Virus record (IMG/VR): IMGVR_UViG_3300027754_004386 | Coordinates: 1-62,652 of that record | Source of the DNA: a virus | Lineage: Duplodnaviria; Caudoviricetes | Length of the DNA: 62,652 nt | Strand: one strand, 5' to 3' | In this document: one piece after another, positions 27,769 to 36,406 of the stretch | Layout: each line of letters begins with the position of its first letter | Position numbering within the stretch: position 1 is the first letter of the stretch | Notes under the pieces: generated by a model | The model's database searches: none | Told to the model about the DNA's origin: nothing | The model's input: only the letters and a program-made list of their open reading frames with translations | Program-made: the position numbers and the translations under genes

Positions 27769-28463
27769 TATACATTATTGGTGATAGTCACGTTTCGGTT
27801 TTTTCAGGCACTGATAAAACACATGATGGTCTTAGACACATACAACCTGAGTTTGGTACTTGTTACACTTTAAGTCAAGGGCAATTAAGAACACACATTA
27901 ATAGATTTGAGCAAAAAATACCGTTTTTTTGTCCAATAAAAATTGGGTCTAACACTGCGTATAATTCTTTTAATAAAATACCAAGAATTGAACAAGTTAT
28001 ATTAGAATATAAAATTACTAACGATGATTACATATTTTTATGTTTTGGTGAAATTGACATAAGAAACCATATTGGATTCAATTCAGAAAAAAATGGTAAT
28101 AGTATATCCGAAAGTATTAAAATATGTGTCGATAGATATGTAAAAACTATTATTTACTTTAAAAATAAAGGATTAAATGTTGGGGTTTATGCTTCTCCAT
28201 GCTCATCAATTGGTAATCAGACACCCATAGATTATGGGGATGTTTTTTTAAGAAATAAAATGACATTAGAATTTAACGAATATTTAAAATCTGAATGTAA
28301 AAAAATAAATGTACCAGTTAAAGACATAACCAAATTGATGATTCTACCTGACGGTAGTACCGATCAAAAATTTATAATGGATGATATACATCTTTCACAA
28401 GAGGCGATGCCACTTTTAATTAATGAATTTTCAGATATAATAAATGAACAGACAAAAAATTAA
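27765..28463 (+). CDS. SGNH/GDSL-like hydrolase or acyltransferase
   Basis: IIGDSH nucleophile block, GEID.R.H, and C-terminal DDIH (DxxH). Confidence 0.75.
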   Translation: MIYIIGDSHVSVFSGTDKTHDGLRHIQPEFGTCYTLSQGQLRTHINRFEQKIPFFCPIKIGSNTAYNSFNKIPRIEQVILEYKITNDDYIFLCFGEIDIRNHIGFNSEKNGNSISESIKICVDRYVKTIIYFKNKGLNVGVYASPCSSIGNQTPIDYGDVFLRNKMTLEFNEYLKSECKKINVPVKDITKLMILPDGSTDQKFIMDDIHLSQEAMPLLINEFSDIINEQTKN

Positions 28464-29250
28464 TTTAGTTGGTGGTGGTTTTAGTCATAGCCCATCGACT
28501 TCAGGATACGAACCATTATATATTGAATGGGTAAAAAATATCCAAACATCCCCAATTTCTATTTACGTTGATTATGGGATAAAGACAAATATAAACCCTA
28601 ATACTAAAAATTATGCTTGGTTATGTGAATCAAAAACAATAATACCTGATTTATATGAATGGGCAAAAAATAATATAGATTATTTAAAAAATAATTTTAT
28701 TTCAGTTTTTACTCACGATGTTGGATTAACAACCTTATCAGACATTTTTAAATTAACTCAATGTAGTGGTAAGTCTTTTATTAAAGATGGTAATCTTTAC
28801 AACAAAACTAAATTAGTGTCAATGATTGCGTCAAATAAAGTCATGTGTGAAGAGCACTCATATAGACAAAGTATTATTAAAAAATTTTCAAGTAAGTGTG
28901 ATCACTACGGTAGGGGGTATAATGAAATAATTAACAAAGAAGATGGGTTAAAAGATTATTGTTTTTCGTTTGTTATTGAAAATGCCACTTATTCTAATAT
29001 GTTTACAGAAAAAATTACCGATTGTTTTATGACGGGAACTATACCAGTATACTATGGAATGAAGAATATTGGTGATTTTTTTAATGATGACGGTATAATA
29101 ATTTTAGATGATGATTTTAATATTAACGATTTAAATTTTGAATTATACCTATCAAAAATTGATTCGGTAAAGGATAACCTTAAAAGGTCATTAGATTTAT
29201 TAGTTGCTGAAGATTATATATATTTAAAATTTTTAAAAAATGAAATTTAA
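28444..29250 (+). CDS. Alpha-1,3-fucosyltransferase-like protein (GT10)
   Basis: GT10 motif YCFSFVIEN..Y..FTEKITDCF..GTIPVYYG. Confidence 0.88.
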   Translation: MNRQKINLVGGGFSHSPSTSGYEPLYIEWVKNIQTSPISIYVDYGIKTNINPNTKNYAWLCESKTIIPDLYEWAKNNIDYLKNNFISVFTHDVGLTTLSDIFKLTQCSGKSFIKDGNLYNKTKLVSMIASNKVMCEEHSYRQSIIKKFSSKCDHYGRGYNEIINKEDGLKDYCFSFVIENATYSNMFTEKITDCFMTGTIPVYYGMKNIGDFFNDDGIIILDDDFNINDLNFELYLSKIDSVKDNLKRSLDLLVAEDYIYLKFLKNEI

Positions 29251-29953
29251 AACAATACAAAGTTTAGGGAGCCGATGTCAAAATTCTGAAATATTAAAAC
29301 ATTATGGATATAGGGAGTTTTCTGGGTTTTTTGATTTTATGAATACATCTAAAGTTGATGTAATAAAACATATACTATCTGACAATTTTAATGAAATTCT
29401 TAAAGAAAGTAATAATTTTAGTTTAATTTGTAATCAACTGACAATTGACCCTGAAACGGGTAATGAGTTACCAACATCTATAAGAACAAATAACAAATTT
29501 TATAATCCCGATTATAACAATATTCACACATCATTATTTCCACATCATGACTTAAACAATGAAAAGGATAAAAACCACTTCATTAAATGTAAAGAAAGAT
29601 TTTTAAAATTAAAAAACTTCAACACATTATTTAATTATACTTACAACATTTGGGAAAATAACATAACAACTAAAGATATGGAATTTTTTGTTGATGTTTT
29701 ATCTAAAAATTATAATTTTAAAAACTTTAAAATATGTTTTATTGGTGTTAATATATCAAACAATAGTGGTTTTAAATTGGTTGACTCTACCGACTTTTAT
29801 GATGTTTGGTCATTAACCATTAATAATAGTTTTACCGGTGGATTATTTAATAATAATGATGACAATGAAAATTATATAAAAATAATTAAATCTTATGACC
29901 TTGACCAAAATAGATTAAGCAAAGATGAAATTGATAATTTAAATAATGATTGA
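29240..29953 (+). CDS. DUF1796-like (putative papain-like) protein
   Basis: SLGSRC....L...GYR..S..FDF and FPHHD motifs. Confidence 0.65.
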   Translation: MKFKTIQSLGSRCQNSEILKHYGYREFSGFFDFMNTSKVDVIKHILSDNFNEILKESNNFSLICNQLTIDPETGNELPTSIRTNNKFYNPDYNNIHTSLFPHHDLNNEKDKNHFIKCKERFLKLKNFNTLFNYTYNIWENNITTKDMEFFVDVLSKNYNFKNFKICFIGVNISNNSGFKLVDSTDFYDVWSLTINNSFTGGLFNNNDDNENYIKIIKSYDLDQNRLSKDEIDNLNND

Positions 29954-29978
29954 CTTAATTTCTTAATATAGTTAATAT
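29950..29978 (+). promoter_or_regulatory. Possible sigma70-like promoter
   Basis: TTGACT-N17-TAATAT in the gap before the aminotransferase/gmd pair. The AT-rich context makes a chance match possible. Confidence 0.35.
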
Positions 29979-29993
29979 TATTAAAAAACCATT

Positions 29994-30713
29994 ATGTCAT
30001 TTGAAATAATTAAAGAATTTGAAAAGTCAGTTGCTGATTTTTTTGGATCCAAATATGCGGTAGCAGTGGATTCTTGTACTCACGGAGTTGAGTTGTGTTT
30101 AAGATATACTAAATCTGATAAAATCAAAGTCCCTAAACATACTTATTTATCTATTCCGTTTTTATCTGAAAAGTTAAAAATTAAAATGGACTGGTCAGAT
30201 GAGGAATGGGTTGACTATTATTATCTAACAGATAAAGTTATTGATGCTGCGGTTTTATGGGAGAAAGGATCATATGTAGAAAACACTATGATGTGCGTAT
30301 CTTTTCAATATCAAAAACATTTAAGTTTAGGTCGTGGAGGTATCATACTATTAGACAATGAAGAAGATGCGAAAACACTTAAAAAAATGTCATACGATGG
30401 TAGAATTCCAGATATTCCTTGGCGAGATCAAAACATAGATACGATTGGTTATCATTATTATATGACACCGGAAACTGCAATGTTAGGTTTAGAAAAATTA
30501 GAAAATGCAATAAACACTAAACCAAGAAAATGGACTATAAATGATTGGCCCGATCTAACCCAAATGGTTATCTTTAAAAAAGAAGAAAATAACGTTTATA
30601 TTTACGAATCCACAAATGATCCTAACATTATAAGAAGAAGGAAGTTCGGTGAATATGATTTTTATGAATATTGTGAAATAAATAAAATAGATCCCTACTT
30701 ACAAACAAAATAA
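29994..30713 (+). CDS. Compact DegT/DnrJ/EryC1/StrS-family PLP aminotransferase
   Basis: FE...A.FFGSKYAVAVDSCT, IDAA, SFQYQKHLSLGRGG (catalytic Lys position) and GYHYYM. Much shorter than the typical about 370-aa members. Confidence 0.85.
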   Translation: MSFEIIKEFEKSVADFFGSKYAVAVDSCTHGVELCLRYTKSDKIKVPKHTYLSIPFLSEKLKIKMDWSDEEWVDYYYLTDKVIDAAVLWEKGSYVENTMMCVSFQYQKHLSLGRGGIILLDNEEDAKTLKKMSYDGRIPDIPWRDQNIDTIGYHYYMTPETAMLGLEKLENAINTKPRKWTINDWPDLTQMVIFKKEENNVYIYESTNDPNIIRRRKFGEYDFYEYCEINKIDPYLQTK

Positions 30714-30731
30714 AAAAATAAAATTTAAAAA

Positions 30732-31733
30732 ATGAGTGAAATTAAAAAAGCGTTTATTACGGGTATTAACGGACAAGACGGCTCTTATTTGGCCGAATAC
30801 CTATTAGAGTTAGGTTATGAAGTTCACGGTATTATCAGAAGAAATTCAACAGTAGAATCACAACAAAGTAGATTTAATGATGAAATAAGAAATAAATTGA
30901 ACATTCATTACGGAGATCTATTAGATCAAGGAGGTATTGAAAAATTACTAGATCAGATACAACCTGATGAAATTTATAATTTGGCGGCACAAAGTCACGT
31001 TAGAGTTAGTTTTGATATTCCTCAATTTACAGTACAAACAAATTCTTTAGGAGTTTTAAATATTTTAGAAGCTTATAGAAGATCATGCCCAACTGCCAAA
31101 TTTTACCAAGCAAGTTCATCTGAAATGTTTGGAAATTCAGTAGATGAGGATGGGTTCCAAAGAGAGACAACCCCGATGAATCCTGTTAGTCCTTATGGAT
31201 GTTCTAAAGTTTTTGGTTATAACATTGTAAGAAATTATAGAAACGCATACGGATTACATACAACTAATGGTATTTTATTTAATCACGAATCACCAAGAAG
31301 AGGATCTAATTTTGTAACTAACAAAGTTGTAAAAACTGCGGTTGAAATAAAATTAGGTTTAGCGGATAAGTTAGAATTAGGTAATATGGATTCTTACAGG
31401 GATTGGGGTCATTCTAAAGATTACGTAAGAGCAATGCATATGATAATCAATAATGAAACTCCAGACGATTTTGTAGTGTCAACAATGACCACACATTCCG
31501 TAAGGGAAATGGTTGAATATGTTTTTAATAGATTAGATTTAGATTATACAAAATACGTAACCCAAAATGAAAAATTTTTAAGGGCGGAAGAATTAAAATA
31601 TTTAAAGGGAGACTCAACAAAAATCAGAACTCAATTGGGGTGGAAACCTGAGTACACTTTTGAAACGTTGATGGATGATATGATCGATGGGTGGATGATT
31701 AAATTAAATTCACATAACACTATTACAGTTTAA
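30732..31733 (+). CDS. gmd: GDP-mannose 4,6-dehydratase
   Basis: ITGINGQDGSYLAE, NLAAQSHV, QASSSE, SPYGCSK, LFNHESPRRG and RDWGH motifs. Confidence 0.97.
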   Translation: MSEIKKAFITGINGQDGSYLAEYLLELGYEVHGIIRRNSTVESQQSRFNDEIRNKLNIHYGDLLDQGGIEKLLDQIQPDEIYNLAAQSHVRVSFDIPQFTVQTNSLGVLNILEAYRRSCPTAKFYQASSSEMFGNSVDEDGFQRETTPMNPVSPYGCSKVFGYNIVRNYRNAYGLHTTNGILFNHESPRRGSNFVTNKVVKTAVEIKLGLADKLELGNMDSYRDWGHSKDYVRAMHMIINNETPDDFVVSTMTTHSVREMVEYVFNRLDLDYTKYVTQNEKFLRAEELKYLKGDSTKIRTQLGWKPEYTFETLMDDMIDGWMIKLNSHNTITV

Positions 31734-31734
31734 T

Positions 31735-32475
31735 ATGACAAGTAGAAAAAAACCAGCACAACAAAACGAAGAACCTGAAGGTAAACCGTTTTCAAAAAAA
31801 GATTTTATTAACACAGTTATAAAGAAAAAACAAAAAAACAAATTTTTATCCCCAAATCAAGAAGAGTATTACAATATTCTAAAAGAAAGTCAAATAACGA
31901 TTTGTTCAGGTCCGGCAGGTGTTGGTAAATCATATATCGCAATGAAGGCCGCTGTAGATCTTTTAATGGACCCAAATAACGCTTATGAAAAAATTATTAT
32001 TGTAAGACCGGCAGTTGAAGCTGAAGAGAAGTTGGGTTCGCTTCCGGGAAATTTAGAAGAAAAATTAGATCCTTATATTTTTCCTTCTTATTACTTATTA
32101 AATAAAATTATCGGTAAAGATGCTAGAGAAAAATTAAAAGAGGCTGAGATTATTGAAGTATTTGCATTAGCATATATGAGGGGTATGAATATTGATAATT
32201 CTATTTTAATTTTTGAAGAGGCTCAAAACGCAACCCCAAATCAAATGAAATTACTTCTAACAAGAATTGGGTTCAATAGTAAATTTTTCATATCAGGAGA
32301 TTTAGAACAAACAGACCGTTATAAAGACAAAAAACAATCAGGACTTTATGACTCACTTCAAAGATTTAAAAACATTAACGACATTGGGGTTTATGATTTT
32401 AGAAACGCCAAAAATGTTAGAAACCCTTTAATCAGTAAAATTTTAGAAAAATATGATGAAGAAAATAGGGATTGA
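31735..32475 (+). CDS. phoH: PhoH-family ATPase
   Basis: GPAGVGKS, RPAVEAEEKLGSLPG, AYMRG, EEAQN and GDLEQTD motifs. Confidence 0.95.
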   Translation: MTSRKKPAQQNEEPEGKPFSKKDFINTVIKKKQKNKFLSPNQEEYYNILKESQITICSGPAGVGKSYIAMKAAVDLLMDPNNAYEKIIIVRPAVEAEEKLGSLPGNLEEKLDPYIFPSYYLLNKIIGKDAREKLKEAEIIEVFALAYMRGMNIDNSILIFEEAQNATPNQMKLLLTRIGFNSKFFISGDLEQTDRYKDKKQSGLYDSLQRFKNINDIGVYDFRNAKNVRNPLISKILEKYDEENRD

Positions 32476-33106
32476 GATTAACGGGGTATTAAGGGATACT
32501 ATAAGTAAATTCACTCAGTTGTATGAAAAACATATGATAGAAGAAGAGGATCACGACGGTCAATCGTTTGAGGTTGATATTTCAGGTAATACCGAATCCC
32601 TTGTTTCTTCTGAAAAGTTTGAGTACAAAATTTTAAGTGAAGTAACATCATTAAATTTAATGGATCATTTTAAATTTAATGATGAAGACGACTTGTATAA
32701 TTTTATGTATAAAGATTTTGCAATGCAGATTTTTGGACACGCAGGATCTACGGAAACTTTTACATTTAACGATCTAAATGATTTATATATGAAATATAGA
32801 GACGATTATGATCTTTTAATTGTTTCAGATGAGATGGGCAAATCAAAACCAGCATCTTTATTTTTTCTTTCAAAGTTTGGATGCCAATTAGAAAAAGTAA
32901 AATTTTATTCAAATTCAACAATAAATTCAATGTGGGATGAAGTAGACGTTTTACTTACAGCAAATCCCTCACTATTATTAAATAAACCAAATGGTAAAAC
33001 TGTAGTAAAATACAAAACCATTTATAATCAAGATATCAAATCTGAATACGAAATAGAAACGTTAAAAGAATTTGATGAAATTTTAAAAAATATATTGGTA
33101 TGTTAA
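32453..33106 (+). CDS. HAD-like (5'-nucleotidase-like) protein with a degenerate active site
   Basis: IGIEINGVLRD in place of the canonical IGIDxDGVLRD. The overall layout resembles phage 5'(3')-deoxyribonucleotidases. Confidence 0.55.
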   Translation: MMKKIGIEINGVLRDTISKFTQLYEKHMIEEEDHDGQSFEVDISGNTESLVSSEKFEYKILSEVTSLNLMDHFKFNDEDDLYNFMYKDFAMQIFGHAGSTETFTFNDLNDLYMKYRDDYDLLIVSDEMGKSKPASLFFLSKFGCQLEKVKFYSNSTINSMWDEVDVLLTANPSLLLNKPNGKTVVKYKTIYNQDIKSEYEIETLKEFDEILKNILVC

Positions 33107-33372
33107 CATTTTTAGGAGAAAACTATTTCATAGATTTAGAAGTATTAGAAAGTAAAGTAAACCTAAGCGGGGAATTTATTCCAACGGGTGAGTCCGAGCA
33201 ACAAATCAGTGTTGTTAAATATGATATTTACAAAAATTTAATAGAGGTTATTTTAACTGAAAGAGAAGAGATGGATGAAAATTTAGGAATTCACAATTCT
33301 AATAATTTAACAATACCGTTTAAAATTGCATTCAATACACTTTTAATAAACAACATAATTAAAAAATTTTAA
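33100..33372 (+). CDS. Hypothetical phage protein
   Basis: 90-aa ORF overlapping the upstream gene within the operon. Confidence 0.65.
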   Translation: MLTFLGENYFIDLEVLESKVNLSGEFIPTGESEQQISVVKYDIYKNLIEVILTEREEMDENLGIHNSNNLTIPFKIAFNTLLINNIIKKF

Positions 33373-33375
33373 AAA

Positions 33376-34440
33376 ATGGATTTAGAAAGACTAGAAAAGA
33401 TGGAACAGTCCATCAAAAATTTGGAGGAGAGAACCTCAAGGATTTACTTTTTGGTTCAAGACACAAAAGGTAATCCAAAGGCAGGTATTAGACACATTTA
33501 TCAAATTGCCCTCACATTAAAAAATAACGGTTTTAATCCGATTATTATTCACGAGTCAAAGGACTATAAAGGAGTCGGTGAATGGTTAGGTAATGAATAT
33601 ATGGAATTACCTCATCAGACAATTGAAGGTGAAAACTTACAGATCTCACCTGAAGATTTAATTGTCATTCCTGAACTTTATGGTCACGTTATGGATCAGT
33701 TAAAAAACTTCCCTTGTGGTAAAATTGTTTTGTGTCAAGCATATGATCATATGTTAGAAACATTGGCACCAGGAACAGATTGGACTACTTATGGTTTTTA
33801 TAAATGTATTACCACTTCTGAATTTCAAAAAAATTACATTACAGAAGTAATGAGAGGAGTGAGTATTGACGTTATACAACCATTGATTCCTAATGAATTC
33901 TCTAAAAAAGACAAACCGTCAAAACCTATTATCTCAATTCACACTAGAGATCCAAGAGACACTTCAAAAATAATTAAAACGTTTTATTTAAAATATCCTC
34001 AGTTTAGATGGGTAACATTTAGAGATCTTAGAGGTATAAACCAAAATGATTTTGCAAAATTCCTTAAAGAATCGTTTGTTTCTGTTTGGGTTGATGTTGA
34101 ATCAGGGTTCGGTACATTTCCTTTAGAGTCAATGGCATCGGGTACACCAGTAATTGGAAAAGTACCAAATTTAAAACCTGACTGGATGACCGAAATGAAT
34201 GGTATTTGGACACACAACACAAACGAAATCGTTGATATTCTTTCAAACTACCTACAAAATTGGTTGGAAGATAATATTTCTGAAAATTTATATGTTAATA
34301 TGTCGGAAACCTCAAAAACATATCAAAATGAAGAAGAATTTAATGGAACAATTTTAAAATTATTTGGTGAATACTTTGATGGTAGAAAAACATCTTTCAG
34401 TGACCAAATTGAAAAACTAAAAATTACAGAAGAAAATTAA
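33376..34440 (+). CDS. Glycosyltransferase, GT-B (GT4-like)
   Basis: D.IVIPE and ESGFGTFPLESMASGTPVIG (EX7E-like motif). Confidence 0.85.
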   Translation: MDLERLEKMEQSIKNLEERTSRIYFLVQDTKGNPKAGIRHIYQIALTLKNNGFNPIIIHESKDYKGVGEWLGNEYMELPHQTIEGENLQISPEDLIVIPELYGHVMDQLKNFPCGKIVLCQAYDHMLETLAPGTDWTTYGFYKCITTSEFQKNYITEVMRGVSIDVIQPLIPNEFSKKDKPSKPIISIHTRDPRDTSKIIKTFYLKYPQFRWVTFRDLRGINQNDFAKFLKESFVSVWVDVESGFGTFPLESMASGTPVIGKVPNLKPDWMTEMNGIWTHNTNEIVDILSNYLQNWLEDNISENLYVNMSETSKTYQNEEEFNGTILKLFGEYFDGRKTSFSDQIEKLKITEEN

Positions 34441-34446
34441 TTTATT

Positions 34447-35259
34447 ATGGAAGAAAAAGTATTATTTGATGTATCGGTAGTATTACCAATCGAGTCGGCT
34501 AAATATAAAGATTTTAGTGACCTTTTTAATAGATCGGTGGAATCTATTAAAAATCAATCCGTTGATATAAAAGAACTTATTGTGGTACATTCTAAAGAAG
34601 AAGGTTTAGTGAACTACCTTAATGGGTACGATTTTAAAGGAATTAACACCGTTTTAGTTTTAAATGAAGGAACTACAGATTTTTCATCTCAAGTAAATTT
34701 AGGAGTTGAAAAAGCAACATCTACGTGGGTATCTATTTTAGAATTTGATGACGAGTATTCATCCATTTGGTTTAAAAACGCAAAACGTTATTCTGAATCA
34801 TATACCGATGTTGATTGTTTTTTACCTTTGGTGGTTGACACAGATGAAAAGGGGGCATTTGCTGGGTTTACAAATGAGGCGACGTTCGCCGTTAGTTTGA
34901 CAACAGAAATGGGTTATTTAACAAATGACGTTTTATTAACTTATCAAAACTTCCAAACAAGTGGAATGGTTGTTAAAAGAGACACTTTAATCAATAATGG
35001 AGGATTTAAACCATCATTTAAATTAACATTTGTTTATGAATTACTTTTAAGATTAACATATAATTCTGTAAAAATTATGTCAGTACCTCGTATTGGGTAC
35101 AAACATACGAATATGAGAGAAGGGTCAATTTTTTGGAACTACAAGTTTGGGGAAAGTAAGATCACAGACGATGAGGTTAAATTTTGGTTGGATTCGGCGA
35201 AAAAAGAACATTTCTTCACTAATGATAGAAATATAAAATATGAACCACAAAATGTTTAA
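34447..35259 (+). CDS. Glycosyltransferase family 2
   Basis: DVSVVLP, SVESIKNQ, NLGVEKA...WVSILEFDDEY and GGFK motifs. Confidence 0.85.
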   Translation: MEEKVLFDVSVVLPIESAKYKDFSDLFNRSVESIKNQSVDIKELIVVHSKEEGLVNYLNGYDFKGINTVLVLNEGTTDFSSQVNLGVEKATSTWVSILEFDDEYSSIWFKNAKRYSESYTDVDCFLPLVVDTDEKGAFAGFTNEATFAVSLTTEMGYLTNDVLLTYQNFQTSGMVVKRDTLINNGGFKPSFKLTFVYELLLRLTYNSVKIMSVPRIGYKHTNMREGSIFWNYKFGESKITDDEVKFWLDSAKKEHFFTNDRNIKYEPQNV

Positions 35260-36005
35260 TGTTTTTATCCGAAAATTATGATCAAAATCAAGAGATAGTT
35301 AAGAATAAGACGAAGAAATCAAGTAAAAATTATTTTGATGTTCGTGAAGAAGATGCAGTCAAACAATACATATTGTCTGACTGCAAAGAAGAAAAAGAGG
35401 AAATCTATAACACGTTTTTAAAGGATCCCCTTGATAAAATGATTGAGTCAATCATAAGGAGATATAAACTTTATAGAAAAGATATGAACTATGAAGAAAT
35501 TCATCAGGATACTCATTCTTTTTTAATCACTAAAGTTGATAAGTTTAAACCCGCAAAAAACAAAAAAGCATATTCCTATTTTGGGACTATTTGTAAAAAT
35601 TATCTTATGGGTCAAATCCAAAAAGACCAAAAAGATATGAATAGAAAAATTTCCTATGAGGACATCTCAACAACTTTAGAGAATAGACCTGATATGGTTT
35701 ATTATTTAGAGTTTGAAAAAATAGAAGCGGACAAAATAATTGATATATTTTTATCTGATCTTAATGTCTACATCACTAAAGAAAATTTATCTGAAAATGA
35801 ATTAAAGTTAGGTTACGCATTAATTGATTTGTTTGATGACTATGGCAATATTTTTATTGGGAACAATAACAACAAGTTCAATAAAAATATTGTCTTACTT
35901 TCTTTAAGAGAAATGACTAATTTAAATACAAAAGAAATAAGAGTTTGTTTAAAAAAATACAAACAACTTTATCTTTCTACCTTGAAAAAGATACATAGCC
36001 AATAA
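35259..36005 (+). CDS. Phage late-transcription sigma factor (T4 gp55-like)
   Basis: Sigma region-2-like segment EEIHQD...L..K.DKF.P...KAYSYFGTICKNYL, no obvious region 4 HTH, and a position at the start of a structural block. Confidence 0.7.
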   Translation: MFLSENYDQNQEIVKNKTKKSSKNYFDVREEDAVKQYILSDCKEEKEEIYNTFLKDPLDKMIESIIRRYKLYRKDMNYEEIHQDTHSFLITKVDKFKPAKNKKAYSYFGTICKNYLMGQIQKDQKDMNRKISYEDISTTLENRPDMVYYLEFEKIEADKIIDIFLSDLNVYITKENLSENELKLGYALIDLFDDYGNIFIGNNNNKFNKNIVLLSLREMTNLNTKEIRVCLKKYKQLYLSTLKKIHSQ

Positions 36006-36031
36006 AATATAAAAATTAAATATTTATTGTT

Positions 36032-36406
36032 ATGAACAATAGAGGCAAAAAAAAGGAAATATCATTAAATAAAGATTCCGTACTTGCACTTATGCAAGAA
36101 ATCTATAATGAGTTAGTTGAACAAAGATCAACCGCAATTAGAATCCAAAATAAAATGTTGGCACTTTTAAAAGACGCTGAAGATATGACTGTCATTGGTC
36201 CGGTCATTAAAGAACAACAAAAAATAATTAATGACACCATTGAGAAAAAGTTAAGTTTATCTAAACTACAATCCACAATTTGGGAAAAAACATCTTCGGT
36301 TAAAGAGGATAATTTTACTTTGTCAGATATGGATGATGATGTATTACAAAGTTTAATTAAAAAAGATGTGGATTCAAATAAAAATAACAACTACACATTG
36401 GAATAA
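36032..36406 (+). CDS. Hypothetical coiled-coil protein
   Basis: 124-aa helical ORF preceded by TATTTATT (36021-36028). Confidence 0.65.
   Translation: MNNRGKKKEISLNKDSVLALMQEIYNELVEQRSTAIRIQNKMLALLKDAEDMTVIGPVIKEQQKIINDTIEKKLSLSKLQSTIWEKTSSVKEDNFTLSDMDDDVLQSLIKKDVDSNKNNNYTLE

Noticed and set aside
17241-35259. Glycosylation cluster as a bacterial O-antigen or capsule locus (host contamination)
   Set aside because: It lacks wzx, wzy, wzz and an initiating transferase, and it is interleaved and overlapping with phage-type dut, phoH, exonuclease and sigma genes.
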